A stretch of 64,000 nucleotides of DNA from NCBI GenBank assembly GCA_965237525.1, contig CBDEFO010000008.1, positions 1,344,001 through 1,408,000 of the forward strand, given 5' to 3'. Shown here piece by piece: positions 30,835 through 41,603 of the stretch. Below the pieces are notes generated by a model. The model was not told where the DNA came from and ran no database searches. It saw nothing but the letters and a program-made list of their open reading frames with translations. The first letter of the stretch is position 1. Every line of letters starts with the position of its first letter. The translations under genes and the position numbers were made by a program. The DNA comes from Candidatus Latescibacterota bacterium (GTDB lineage: Bacteria > Latescibacterota > CBDEFO01).

Positions 30835-31954
30835 TCATTGTTCTGTCTCCTCAGTAAAAACTGACTTAATCTTTCCCCACGAATTGGCCTCCACAGCGGT
30901 CGGATCAGGATACTCTGGAAGCGGAACGAAGAAAAGCCCATCAGGCCTCCCCACGTAAAGACGGGATCTATCCGGGTCTAGGGCCAGCGCAAAAACAACA
31001 CCGTGCCATTCTTCAAAGTTCAACAGTTGACTGCCCAAAGGCTGCCAGACAACTCCCCCATCAGTCGTGTAGAACACCCCCTCTGTCGTACCCGCGTAGA
31101 TAACACCAGGAGCATCTGGATCTGGCAGCAGGCAGATAGTGTTTCCCCATTGAGGAAGCCGATATTCTTCAGTATCGATCGGAGGACCATACTCGAGTCC
31201 CTCCCACGTATCTCCTTCGTCCAGACTCCGATATACGACCACCGCTCTTTCATCTCTGATTAATCCTTTGCCAGCGTAAAAGATCTTCTCGTCCGAAGAG
31301 AACGCGAAGGCCCCACTCACTATTGAAAGATCCTCCCACGTCTCACCACCATCAGTGCTCCGACGGAAAGGTACGCCGGCCTTGAAGGCAAAGATAGTAC
31401 TGCCGTTACTGGTCGCTTACGATTGCAGTCTCCCAATTACTTCCATAGTCGATACGAGGCACACACAACAAACGCCACTGGTTACCTCCATCATCTGTGC
31501 GGTAAACTCTCCCGATAGGACCCTGTGCTAACAACAATTCCGAATTAAGAGAACTTATCCATATTTCGTTCATATCTCCCCGCAGTAAACCCTGATTGAT
31601 CCCTGCCCAGTGTCTTCCTCCATCTTCGCTACGAAAGATACCCTCTCCCGAAGCTACATAGATCCGTGATGGATCGGAAGGATCAATGGCAAGGTCGCGG
31701 ATATACAGGTTTCCCAAACCCTCGTTCATCGCTTGTACTTCTCCAGTATCTACATTTATTCGAAGGACCCCGCCCACTACAAATTCTTCAATACCCACGT
31801 AGACTTTGTTCCCTCCAGATACTACTGCAACCGGTCTCACGTAATTAGTGATAATTGGACCAGACATCTGAGCCTGGATACCCGGAGCAATACCTGCTAT
31901 AACAAGTAGAATCACAGACAGAACTGTGGAGAATTCGACTATTGTTTCTTTCAT
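30835..31954 (-). pseudogene. Secreted BNR/Asp-box beta-propeller protein, frameshifted near 31410
   Basis: SEDGGRHW, TDDGGNQW, STDGGETW, SLDEGDTW, TTDGGVVW across two frames; ends PTAVEANSWGKIKS. Confidence 0.75.
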
Positions 31955-32065
31955 TTCGCTTTACCTTCTTACAGGACACGCCGCGTTCTTTTCTCTTGCC
32001 CGAAGCAACTGCTCATCTGTTGCCCCCCGCGCCCATGACGAGCATCTCCTGTCTACCTGTTGTCG

Positions 32066-33535
32066 TCAAATAGGATCAAGTGGATACAGCGGTCTGGGCC
32101 TGTAGTGATAGGTAAACTGCTCCGGGCCAGCGGCGGTCACGCCGGGCGTATCGACCGGGATGATTCTCGCCGAGACCGGTTCGTATGCCGCCCGCGGGGC
32201 TATGACGCCCTTGGCCACGATGATCTTCTTCGTCTCGGGACGGATTCCGAGGCTCAGGATCTGATGGAGGCTCATCGGCGCCTCGCGCAGGCTGTTGAGC
32301 ACTATAGTGTGGCCCTCATCTGTCTCTACAACCGCGGTGATGCCCTGATCGAAGAAGCGTTTCCCGCCGTGCCGCGGCTCGGGTTCTATATATTTTCCGT
32401 CGGAGATCGTCCGGACCTGTCCTTGGATCGGGACCGGAGCCCCGTGGCGGCGGTCGGTCTTGCCGCCCACTTCCAGTTGTACGGTCTTGCGGACGCCTGC
32501 CTCCACGCACGCTCGTACGGATTCTGGATCGTACAGGACAACGAGGCAGTTTTGAACGCCCTGTCTTATGATCTCAGAAAGGAGGATCGTCGAATCCCCC
32601 GGGCTGCCGCCGCCCACGTTGTCCCCGCAGTCCATCAGAGTAACCGGGCAGCTCGGACTTGCTGCTGCCTCCTTAACCGCAGTCTCCGGGTCCGGCAATT
32701 TCATGTTTAGCCCCTCCCGCCGCTCCCATACGAAATCGGAGAGACGCTCTGCCTCGGCCTCTGCCCGCTCCTTGTCTGCTTCGGCGGCCACGACAGCGGC
32801 CGGGCCCAGATCGGGAACGTCCGCATAGGCAAACCCGACTGCAAAGGAGGCGGACAGGATGCCTGGAAGGTTAGCTATCCTCTGAACTTCACCTACGATC
32901 TCGGCCATAGCACCTGCCCCGGTATGGTGCTGAGCGATGTTGGGAAGCAGTGAGGGTTTCTTCATCGCCTGCACGGGATGGATCTCCCCTCTTACCGTCC
33001 GGGCGATTAGCGCAGCGCACTCAATGCCTCTTTCCCGCTGGTCGAGGTGGGGACAGGTCCGGTAGATCACAGTCGCAGTGGGACAATCCACCATCCGGGA
33101 CGATACGTTGGCATGCAGATCGAGCGACAACACGATCGGAAAATTAGGCCCCAATTCACGGCGCAGACGCTCTGCCGTCTCTCCGTCAGCATTCGGATAA
33201 GCCTGACAGACCATCGCCCCGTGCAGAGCTAACAGGAGGCCGTCCAACTGACCGGCCTTGCGAAGGCCTTCGATAAGGTCACCGACGATCTTCTCATAGG
33301 CCTCCTCTGTGACCGTACCAGAAGGCGTCGCCGATGCCATCAGGATCGGCACGGCCTCAAAGCCATTTTCCTCTGCGCCCGCGATAAAGCCTCCCATCTC
33401 GTGGTGCGCGTCTTTCCAGACCTCAATTACGTCCTCTCCATAGTGTAGGCTTGAGTCCTCAAAGTGCTTGAGTGTGGTGGGTACATCTGAAAACGTATTC
33501 GATTCGTGCATAAAACCGGCAAGTGCAATGCGCAT
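32066..33535 (-). CDS. MlrC / M81 family metallopeptidase
   Basis: HESNTFS, LHGAM, DLHAN, YRTCPHLD, DNVGGG. Confidence 0.9.
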   Translation of the reverse strand: MRIALAGFMHESNTFSDVPTTLKHFEDSSLHYGEDVIEVWKDAHHEMGGFIAGAEENGFEAVPILMASATPSGTVTEEAYEKIVGDLIEGLRKAGQLDGLLLALHGAMVCQAYPNADGETAERLRRELGPNFPIVLSLDLHANVSSRMVDCPTATVIYRTCPHLDQRERGIECAALIARTVRGEIHPVQAMKKPSLLPNIAQHHTGAGAMAEIVGEVQRIANLPGILSASFAVGFAYADVPDLGPAAVVAAEADKERAEAEAERLSDFVWERREGLNMKLPDPETAVKEAAASPSCPVTLMDCGDNVGGGSPGDSTILLSEIIRQGVQNCLVVLYDPESVRACVEAGVRKTVQLEVGGKTDRRHGAPVPIQGQVRTISDGKYIEPEPRHGGKRFFDQGITAVVETDEGHTIVLNSLREAPMSLHQILSLGIRPETKKIIVAKGVIAPRAAYEPVSARIIPVDTPGVTAAGPEQFTYHYRPRPLYPLDPI

Positions 33536-33809
33536 AGCTCCCTCCTCAACCACTATACAGTTGCCCCCGATTGAATCTATCGGGGGCAGACAGGGACTCC
33601 CCTCAAGTATTTCGTGAACGTCAATTTACCTTCTTTACAGACCAAAAATATAGAAGGGCTCGATACCTGTCAATGTTTTTTTTGAATAGATCCCGCATTT
33701 GTGCATGTAATAGCCCATACACGGCACGGGTTATGAATGTGACTCTGATTCGGAAAGGTAAACCTTAAGTTTTGCAAAGAGATAACAATTTGCACGAACG
33801 AATGTTTTC

Positions 33810-33878
33810 GTAGGGGCGGTCCCCGATAGATTCAATCGGGGACCACTCGCCCCAAGGGCGGGATAACCCCGCCCTTAC
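33810..33878. repeat. GTAG-type REP elements; also at 37586..37615, 41515..41575, 48756..48774 and 52333..52379
   Basis: GTAGGGGC/GTAGGGAC...GCCCCTAC hairpins, several arranged as inverted doublets. Confidence 0.8.
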
Positions 33879-34001
33879 ATTGTTACAATCGTGAATGTGA
33901 TATTTCTCTTGACTTTGGATATATCCCCTTGTAGATTTAGGGAGTAATACAAAACGACGGTGAGGCATCAGGACAAAAAGACAAGGTAATAAGAGCAGGA
34001 G

Positions 34002-34508
34002 GTGAAAGTCGTGAAATTGAATGGCGATGTATCGTCTGCGCTGATTTTAGCCATTTTTGCAATTCTATCAGGCTGTGGGGAAGATAGCAGTCTGAGTTTC
34101 ATTTCCTCTACACCTACGGGCACAGGTCAGCTCGCTCTGGCACATTCATTCGAAGACGGGTTCGATCTGTCTTCTGGCACGATCTCCTCTTCCAGCGGAG
34201 ACTTCTCTGCCGCTCGTATAGATGGCAACGCTATGATCTACGCCATAGTTCCAGCTCAATTAGAGGATAGAAGCATATCTAACTTCAGTTCTATATCCAA
34301 GAGAGATCTAGTCGGTCCAGAGACGTTGAAGGTTGTGGAAGAACACTACTACGCCGTCAAGACCAAGGAGGCTGACTTTGGGAAAATCTTTGTAACTGCA
34401 GTAGAGGATTCCTCCCTAACTTTCGATTACTGGTATCCCGTACCTTTCAGAGATACAAGCAAGCCACCTCCGAGTGGCGGCGGGGGCGGAGGCGGCCATC
34501 CATATTAA
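34002..34508 (+). CDS. Hypothetical lipoprotein
   Basis: ILSGC lipobox; Pro/Gly-rich tail; AGGAGG at the start region. Confidence 0.6.
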   Translation: MKVVKLNGDVSSALILAIFAILSGCGEDSSLSFISSTPTGTGQLALAHSFEDGFDLSSGTISSSSGDFSAARIDGNAMIYAIVPAQLEDRSISNFSSISKRDLVGPETLKVVEEHYYAVKTKEADFGKIFVTAVEDSSLTFDYWYPVPFRDTSKPPPSGGGGGGGHPY

Positions 34509-34780
34509 CAAGTAAGTAGATAGTAGATAGGGGGCACATCCTTCTTTCCCTTGTCCCCGATTGAGCCTATCGGAGGGGAGCAATTTCGTAGACAGTAGAC
34601 GGTGTGGCAGCGCTTCTCCCTGTACCGGGATTTTTTCAGCCCATTTTGGATTTCATCTTGACAAGGAGTTCCTTTTTTCTTTAATTGTTGACTAAGTGTA
34701 TCAACAATTAAAGAATTCCAATGCTTTTGCGATTACCAAGTACTTAGCCAACTGCCAACGAAAACATCAGGAGATGCAAG

Positions 34781-35185
34781 ATGCCAGAGCAAATCGAGCT
34801 GAACCCTGAATGGCCGTGGACGAAAAAATTCCGGATTTCCCAGGGCATGCGGGTGGGGAACACGGTGTACCTCTCGGGACAGATCGCTTTCGACCCGGAG
34901 GGCAACGTGGTCGGTGTGGATGACATGGGCGAACAGGCGCACCAGGTGTTCAAGAATATGCGAACGGTCCTCGCCGAGGCTGGAGCAACCATGGAGGACG
35001 TGGTAAAGCTCACGGCGTTCATCACCAACTTCAGCAGGTACGCCGACTACGCTGCGGCTCGTGCAGAGGCTTTCCCTAACAATATCGCGGCCAGCTCCAC
35101 GGTCGCAACGCCGGCGCTCGTAAACCCTGACCTGCTCGTCGAAGTCGAGGCGATCGCGGAGATCGGAAGCGGGGTCCAAACGTAG
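34781..35185 (+). CDS. RidA/YjgF family protein
   Basis: VYLSGQI, DVVKLTAF, LVEVEAIA. Confidence 0.9.
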   Translation: MPEQIELNPEWPWTKKFRISQGMRVGNTVYLSGQIAFDPEGNVVGVDDMGEQAHQVFKNMRTVLAEAGATMEDVVKLTAFITNFSRYADYAAARAEAFPNNIAASSTVATPALVNPDLLVEVEAIAEIGSGVQT

Positions 35186-35293
35186 TTGCCGATCCCTGAA
35201 ACATTAGGTTACATATAACAGCCAAAACATCTGTGGCACTTTTCAATTAATGTAGGTAAAGCAGCCTACTTCAAATATAGATAGGTGATTCGT

Positions 35294-37558
35294 ATGACCA
35301 AAGCTAATATCGGCTGGAAAGAGAAACTTGCAGACAGAATTCCGCCAGATCTGGTAGAGGAGATAGATATTTTCGAAACTCAGATCCAGCTGAGAAAGCA
35401 GGGCAAGATCGATGAAAAGGTCTTTGCGGAGACTCGTCTGCGGCGCGGAGTGTATGGTCAGCGCTACGACAATGGACAGCGTAATAATGGGGTAAAGACC
35501 CAGCAGATTAAGTTTCCCTCTGAGGAACTTACAAAGGGTCCTAACACGTTGTGGGACGCCCCTGGGATGATGCGGATTAAGATCCCCTTTGGCGGAGTGA
35601 CAACCGAGCAGATGGACGTTTTGGCCGATTTGGCAGAGGAGTATTCCGACGGAATCTCTCATATTACCACCCGTCAGGATATCCAATATCACTTCGTCCA
35701 TATTGACGACACTCCGACCCTTATGCGGCGGCTCGCGGCTGTCGGCATCACAACCAGAGAGGCGTGCGGCAACGCCGTTCGCAATGTGACCGCCTGCCCT
35801 CTGGCAGGGGTCTGTTCAGATGAGACCTTTGACATTACTCCTTACGCCAAGGCGTGCTCCAAGTTTCTGCTCGGCCACCCGGATACACAGGACTTCGGAC
35901 GCAAATTCAAGGTGGCGTTCTCAGGCTGCACGCAACACGCCTGCGGTCTGGTGAATATGCACGATATGGGCGCTGTCGCCGTAAAGCGCAAAGAGAACGG
36001 AGTAGAAAAGCGAGGTTTTGAATTCTATGTGGGTGGCGGCCTGGGAGCCGTTCCACATCAGGCAAAACTATTTGATGAATTTCTGCCGGAGGAAGAGCTT
36101 TTACCGATGGCGCAGGCGATCTCCCGGGTCTATGCTCGCATGGGCGAAAAGAAGAATCGGGCCCGCGCCCGAATCAAGTTCCTGGTCGCCAATTTGGGCA
36201 TAGATAAATTCAAAGAACTCGTACTTGAGGAACGGGAGAAGCTCCTGACCGAGCCTGAATGGACGGCATATCTTTCCGACATCAATGCGTACGATGAAAC
36301 GCCCCTTAAGGAGGGACAACCCTTAAACGGCGCTGTGCCTCCTGAAGGGTTCGACCGGTGGTATGCAACCAACGTTCATCCACAAAAACAGGGTGGATAT
36401 GTCGTAGTAACCGTGACTCTGCCCCTAGGCGATATTACCTCTGACCAGTTCCGAGCCCTGGCGGACATTTCGCGGCGCTTCGTTAAGGATACTATACGAA
36501 CTACAGTGGAGCAGAATATCGTGCTGCGCTGGGTGCGCGAAGCCGACCTGCCGGAACTTTATACGGAGCTTCGTAAGATCGGTCTGGGAGATGCCGGTGC
36601 AGGGACGATTGTGGACGTGACAGCCTGCCCCGGGACGGATACGTGTAAACTGGGAATCGCCTCTTCGCGAGGTCTTGCTGGGGAACTGCGAAATCGGCTT
36701 GTAGAAAAGAGCTTTCAGTTTGATGAAGCCATCAGAAATCTGCGGATCAAGATCAGCGGCTGCTTCAATGCGTGCGGTCAACACCACATCTCTGACATCG
36801 GCTTCTACGGAATCAGCAGAAAGGTCCAAGGTTACACTGTGCCCCATTTCCAGGTGGTGTTAGGAGGCCAGTGGGTGGAAAACGCCGGATCGTTCGGACT
36901 GGCGGTAGGCGCTGTTCCCTCCCGCCGAATACCCGATGTGGTGACCGTAATCACAGATCGGTATCTGCAGGACCGATCAAACGGAGAAAGCTTCCAGGAT
37001 TTTATCCGCAGGATCGGCAAGAGCGAAGTCAAGAAGCTATTGGACGATCTGACACAGGTTCCACCTCACGATATAGACAGCTCCTACTATAGCGATTGGG
37101 GCGACCCGCGGGAATTTACGATAAAGGATATGGGAGTAGGAGAGTGCGCAGGGGAAGTGATCTCTGTGGTAGAGTTCGGCCTATCTGCTTCAGATCGCGA
37201 AGTCTTCGAAGCCCAGATACAATTAGATAGCGGGGAGTTCCAAAAGGCAACCCAGATGGCCTACAGTTCTATGCTCCGTGCAGCCCAAGCGCTCGTCAAA
37301 ACGCAAAATGTCGACATCTCAGATGATGAAGAGGAGATCATCAGTGAATTTCGAGAGCGCCTCTGCAATACGGAGCTATTCTATGACACTTATGCGAGGG
37401 CCAAATTTGCAAACTACCTTTTCAAGGCGAAGAAAAGGCCAACTGTCGAGTACACTCAGGATATAGCCCATCGCCGAATAGAAGAGGCGCAACTCTTTAT
37501 CGAAGCGGCGTACAGTTGCTACGGTAAGATGAATGTCACCCCCTTAAAAGTCAAGTAG
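35294..37558 (+). CDS. Siroheme nitrite/sulfite reductase with C-terminal helical (HEPN-like) extension
   Basis: GVYGQR, HITTRQDIQ, RKFK, TACPGTDTC, KISGCFNACGQH. Confidence 0.9.
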   Translation: MTKANIGWKEKLADRIPPDLVEEIDIFETQIQLRKQGKIDEKVFAETRLRRGVYGQRYDNGQRNNGVKTQQIKFPSEELTKGPNTLWDAPGMMRIKIPFGGVTTEQMDVLADLAEEYSDGISHITTRQDIQYHFVHIDDTPTLMRRLAAVGITTREACGNAVRNVTACPLAGVCSDETFDITPYAKACSKFLLGHPDTQDFGRKFKVAFSGCTQHACGLVNMHDMGAVAVKRKENGVEKRGFEFYVGGGLGAVPHQAKLFDEFLPEEELLPMAQAISRVYARMGEKKNRARARIKFLVANLGIDKFKELVLEEREKLLTEPEWTAYLSDINAYDETPLKEGQPLNGAVPPEGFDRWYATNVHPQKQGGYVVVTVTLPLGDITSDQFRALADISRRFVKDTIRTTVEQNIVLRWVREADLPELYTELRKIGLGDAGAGTIVDVTACPGTDTCKLGIASSRGLAGELRNRLVEKSFQFDEAIRNLRIKISGCFNACGQHHISDIGFYGISRKVQGYTVPHFQVVLGGQWVENAGSFGLAVGAVPSRRIPDVVTVITDRYLQDRSNGESFQDFIRRIGKSEVKKLLDDLTQVPPHDIDSSYYSDWGDPREFTIKDMGVGECAGEVISVVEFGLSASDREVFEAQIQLDSGEFQKATQMAYSSMLRAAQALVKTQNVDISDDEEEIISEFRERLCNTELFYDTYARAKFANYLFKAKKRPTVEYTQDIAHRRIEEAQLFIEAAYSCYGKMNVTPLKVK

Positions 37559-37635
37559 ACAGTAGACAGCAGACAGGGAAAGGCAGTAGGGACGAACCTG
37601 TATGTTCGCCCCTACAAGAGGATCTGCAGGTTTTT

Positions 37636-38226
37636 ATGGACGTGCAAAAGATCAATGTGAAGTTCTACGCTGAGGATCCCTCAGTAGTACGCCTGAAGGA
37701 TTTCATCGGGATCTTTACCTCCTGGATACAAAACACCGACGATGAGGATGAAGTCATCTACCTGGATATTGCCGATTACAGCCACATTTACGCCGGTCCG
37801 GGAGTGGTTCTCATCGGCCACAGAGCGGACTTTAGTATGGATAACGCCGATAACCGCCTCGGCCTTTTGTACAACCGCAAGCAACCGCTAAATGGCAACA
37901 ATCGGGAAAAGCTCCTTTTTGCATTTCGATCGGCACTCAAGGCGTGTTGTCGCCTGGAGGAGGAGGCATCGCTTGGGGAGAAGCTGAAGTTTAAGGGGAA
38001 TGAAGTGCTCTTTACCATCAACGATCGGCTCCTGGCGCCCAATACTCAAGAGACATTTTCCAACATCAAGCCCGACCTGGACGATCTGTTAAAGACGCTC
38101 TATGCCGGTTCTGATTTTGACCTCAACTGGAGAGAAGATCCGAAGCAGAGATTTGCCGTACACCTCACAACAACGACTCCTTTTGACATCTCAACTCTCC
38201 TGAAACATCTCGAAGATGCTTCGTAA
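37636..38226 (+). CDS. Hypothetical protein downstream of the reductase
   Basis: 196-aa ORF with natural composition; IADYSHIYAGPGVVL, NDRLLAPN. Confidence 0.7.
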   Translation: MDVQKINVKFYAEDPSVVRLKDFIGIFTSWIQNTDDEDEVIYLDIADYSHIYAGPGVVLIGHRADFSMDNADNRLGLLYNRKQPLNGNNREKLLFAFRSALKACCRLEEEASLGEKLKFKGNEVLFTINDRLLAPNTQETFSNIKPDLDDLLKTLYAGSDFDLNWREDPKQRFAVHLTTTTPFDISTLLKHLEDAS

Positions 38227-38264
38227 TTAGCTATTGGTCTATTGCTTCTTCATCTACATACAAA

Positions 38265-38296
38265 GAGTCCGTAGGATTGTGCCTTGCGGGCTTTTT
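38265..38296 (+). terminator. Intrinsic terminator
   Basis: AGTCCGTAGG..CCTTGCGGGCT followed by TTTTT. Confidence 0.6.
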
Positions 38297-38450
38297 GCTT
38301 TAGCTCATAAAAATCAATTGCATTAATTAAGCCGATTTAGTATATTCAAAGTAGACCAGATATCGGCTTATTATGGAGGTAAAAGCAAGACAGTAGATAG
38401 AAGATTGGGAGGAGGAGTGCCCTGTCTACGGTTTGCTGTCTACTATTTAT

Positions 38451-39251
38451 ATGTCTCTTTTAAACGACATAACCTTGGGCAGATACGTATCTGTGGATTC
38501 CACTGTTCACAGGTTGGATCCACGGACTAAGCTCGGGGCGTGCATGGTTTTGATGTCTGCCATTCTGATTGGAGATAGTTTCCTGGGACTAATAGGTCTT
38601 CTATTCTGTCTTTTGGGGATCACCGCGCGCTCTAATTTGCCTTATGGGTTAGTGCTAAGGAACTTGAGGCCCTTTATGTGGCTCTTTATGTTGACGTTCG
38701 GTCTGCACGCTTTTCGGACTCCGGGCGCGGTTTTGTGGAATGTTCCGCTTATAGATGTGGGTATGACAGCGGAGGGCCTCAGCGAGGGGATTTTTCTGGC
38801 TGTACGGCTTTCGACTCTGATCATAGCCGCTTCACTTTTGACGTTGACTACTTCTCCTATGGAGTTGACGGACGGTCTTGAGAGACTCTTGACCCCATTT
38901 AAAAGATTCGGAGTCCCGGCTTATGAGCTTTCCGCCGTGACTTCCATCGCCCTTAGATTCATCCCGACCTTAATGGACGAGGCCCACAGGATAAGACAGG
39001 CTCAACTTGCAAGGGGAGCGTCGTTTGAGGGCGGACTTGTCAAGAGAATAAAGAGCCTGATCCCACTCTTGGTACCTCTATTTCTGTCCGCCTTCAGGCG
39101 CGCGGACCGGCTGGCCCTGGCGATGGAATCCCGATGCTACAAAGGAGGCGAAGGTAGGACGAGCTTGGTGGAACTGAGGTTCAAGGCTTCCGACCTACTG
39201 GCGATAGGAACTGTGGTGCTTTTGTCAATAATTGTGATAACTTACGCTTGA
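38451..39251 (+). CDS. ecfT: ECF transporter transmembrane component T
   Basis: HRLDPRTKL, IALRFIP, AQLARG, AMESRCY. Confidence 0.9.
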   Translation: MSLLNDITLGRYVSVDSTVHRLDPRTKLGACMVLMSAILIGDSFLGLIGLLFCLLGITARSNLPYGLVLRNLRPFMWLFMLTFGLHAFRTPGAVLWNVPLIDVGMTAEGLSEGIFLAVRLSTLIIAASLLTLTTSPMELTDGLERLLTPFKRFGVPAYELSAVTSIALRFIPTLMDEAHRIRQAQLARGASFEGGLVKRIKSLIPLLVPLFLSAFRRADRLALAMESRCYKGGEGRTSLVELRFKASDLLAIGTVVLLSIIVITYA

Positions 39252-39414
39252 GGAACCTCTTTTTAAGCAGACAGCGAACAGCAGACTGCATACAGGGCAA
39301 CCTTGCCCCCTTGAAAAATAGCAAACAGGGATGGAAGGCAGTGCCCCCTGTCTACTGTCTACCCCCGAGTGAATCTATCGGGGGCTACTACCTACAGGGA
39401 GGTCTCTTTATCCC

Positions 39415-40158
39415 TTGGCTGTGGATACGCGCAACATCCGGCTGAGGCTCGAATACGACGGGACTAATTTTCACGGATGGCAAATCCAGCCGGGCCCTAG
39501 GACAGTGCAGGGGACGATAGTCAAAAAGCTATGCGTTCTGCTCGGGGAGGAGCTATCTTTAACCGGGGCAGGGCGGACGGATGCTGGGGTTCATGCCAGG
39601 GGGCAGGTCGCAAATTTCCATACGCGATCAGGGCTGGATGTGGAGAGCATCCAGAGGGGTCTCAACAGTCTGCTTCCCGATGACATTGTCGTCCTCGGTG
39701 CTTACGAAGTAGAAGGAAATTTCAACGCCAGATTCGACGCCACAAGTCGCGTCTATGTTTATAGAATATCGAAGCCAAAAAGAGCCATCGGAAGATTCTA
39801 CGCTTGGCATTTGGAGAGGGATATGGATCTTGGGTCGATGCAGGAGGCTTCGAGCCTTTTAATTGGAACTCACGATTTCTCGTCTTTCTGTTCGTCTTCC
39901 ACTGACGTAGAGAACAGAATATGCACTGTATCGTCGTCCCGATGGAGAAAGGAGGGATCGGAACTTACGTTTCAGATAGAGGCGGATCGCTTTCTCCACA
40001 ACATGGTTAGAGCTATAGTCGGTACCATAGTGGAGATAGGCGGGGGCAAAATGTGCCCGTGCAGAATGAAGGAGATCCTAAAGACAAAGGACAGGACAGT
40101 GGCGGGGCCCACCGCTCCGGCCTGCGGACTCTGCTTGATAGAGGTGAAATATCAGTGA
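39415..40158 (+). CDS. truA: tRNA pseudouridine(38-40) synthase
   Basis: YDGTNFHGWQ, GRTDAGVHA, FLHNMVR. Confidence 0.95.
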   Translation: MAVDTRNIRLRLEYDGTNFHGWQIQPGPRTVQGTIVKKLCVLLGEELSLTGAGRTDAGVHARGQVANFHTRSGLDVESIQRGLNSLLPDDIVVLGAYEVEGNFNARFDATSRVYVYRISKPKRAIGRFYAWHLERDMDLGSMQEASSLLIGTHDFSSFCSSSTDVENRICTVSSSRWRKEGSELTFQIEADRFLHNMVRAIVGTIVEIGGGKMCPCRMKEILKTKDRTVAGPTAPACGLCLIEVKYQ

Positions 40159-41363
40159 TCAAGGCCCCCATCAGGTGGCGATTTTCGGCATTGGGACTCT
40201 TGGCGGTATGTATAGCAGGTGCGATCGCAAGCGTCCTGTTCCCAGGCCAAGCCTACGCTCAGGCACCTTACGGGGATATTGAAAGTTCAAGGAGAAACTC
40301 CCTCGTCAGGGCTGTCGAGTCTATCGAGCCCGCTGTGGCAAGCATAAGTGTTACTGAGATCAGGGAGTACGTGACAGGGAGTCCCTTTATCTTCAACGAC
40401 CCTTTTTTTGAATTATTTATGCCCAGAAGGAGGATAAGAAGACAGCTCAAGAACTTCGGCTCAGGCTTCATAGCTGACAAAAGGGGCTATATCCTCACGA
40501 ATGCGCATGTGGTAAAAGACGCCTATAAGATTGTCGTCAACCTTCCCGATGGAAGGAACTTTGAAATTGAGGATGCCAGTAAGCAGGTGTGGACAGACGA
40601 ACGCCTGGATATAGCAGTCATAAAGCTGAACGCAAAAGACCTTCCAGCGGCAGGGCTCGGGGATTCTGACGAGACATTTATCGGCAAGTGGGCCATTGCT
40701 CTCGGCAACCCATTCGGACTCTTTGAAGAATCTAAACCGTCCGTGTCCGTGGGCGTTATAAGCGCCCTCGGAAGGGATTTCGACCAGAGAGACTCCGGAA
40801 GGGCTATCTACAGGGATATGATCCAGACGGATGCTTCGATCAATCCTGGAAACAGCGGCGGTCCTCTTGTAAATAGCGACGGAGAGGTCATAGGGATAAA
40901 TACGTTCACAATTACCGGGAGCCGCACCAACACAACATCTATCGGAATAGGCTTTGCCATTCCGATAAACAGAGCCAAAAAGACACTCAATGAGGTTATT
41001 ACTCACGATAGGATAAGACCGACCTGGGTGGGATTTACACCTCAGGACTTAAATCGACTTATCGCTCAAAGTTTAAATCTAAAGTCCACAGAGGGTGTAA
41101 TAGTCTCCGATGTAGAGAAGAGTGGACCTTCAGATAAGGCTGGGATAAAGGTCTGGGACATCATAGTCGAGGTGAACGGCGAACTCATAAAAGATGTAAA
41201 CAGTGTAAAGGGGATATTCTGGGAAGCTACGGTGGGGGACGCCTATAAGATCAAGTTGATAAGGCAGGGGGAAGAGATAGAGACAACACTGAAGGTGGAA
41301 GAGCTTGAAGTAAGTAGACAGGTGCCCCTGCTGATCCCGCCCGATAGATTCAATCGGAGGTAG
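40155..41363 (+). CDS. HtrA/DegP-like serine protease with one PDZ domain
   Basis: TNAHV, DIAV, QTDASINPGNSGG; GTG start overlaps the truA stop. Confidence 0.9.
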   Translation: MIKAPIRWRFSALGLLAVCIAGAIASVLFPGQAYAQAPYGDIESSRRNSLVRAVESIEPAVASISVTEIREYVTGSPFIFNDPFFELFMPRRRIRRQLKNFGSGFIADKRGYILTNAHVVKDAYKIVVNLPDGRNFEIEDASKQVWTDERLDIAVIKLNAKDLPAAGLGDSDETFIGKWAIALGNPFGLFEESKPSVSVGVISALGRDFDQRDSGRAIYRDMIQTDASINPGNSGGPLVNSDGEVIGINTFTITGSRTNTTSIGIGFAIPINRAKKTLNEVITHDRIRPTWVGFTPQDLNRLIAQSLNLKSTEGVIVSDVEKSGPSDKAGIKVWDIIVEVNGELIKDVNSVKGIFWEATVGDAYKIKLIRQGEEIETTLKVEELEVSRQVPLLIPPDRFNRR

Positions 41364-41603
41364 ACAGGCAAAAACGTAGAAAGTGGAGTGTAAGAGGGTA
41401 CATTGCTTAGGAGTGAACCACCCTGCAATGACAAGGGCGTCAATAGCAAATGAGCCGTCATTGGGAAAAGTAGCGTAGGAAGCTGGTAGCAAGTGAGCAG
41501 GAAGGGCAAGGGCAGTAGGGACGAACCCAGGTCTTCGCCCGAATTTTCAGGACACACATGCGGGTCTGCCCCTACAGATCTTATTTTCGCCCTGACGTAA
41601 ATT

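Noticed and set aside
41400..41465. Riboswitch-like alternative hairpins upstream of psd
   Set aside because: CATTGC/GCAATGAC/GTCATTG match a decayed GTCATTGC-type repeat, and I recognise no aptamer.
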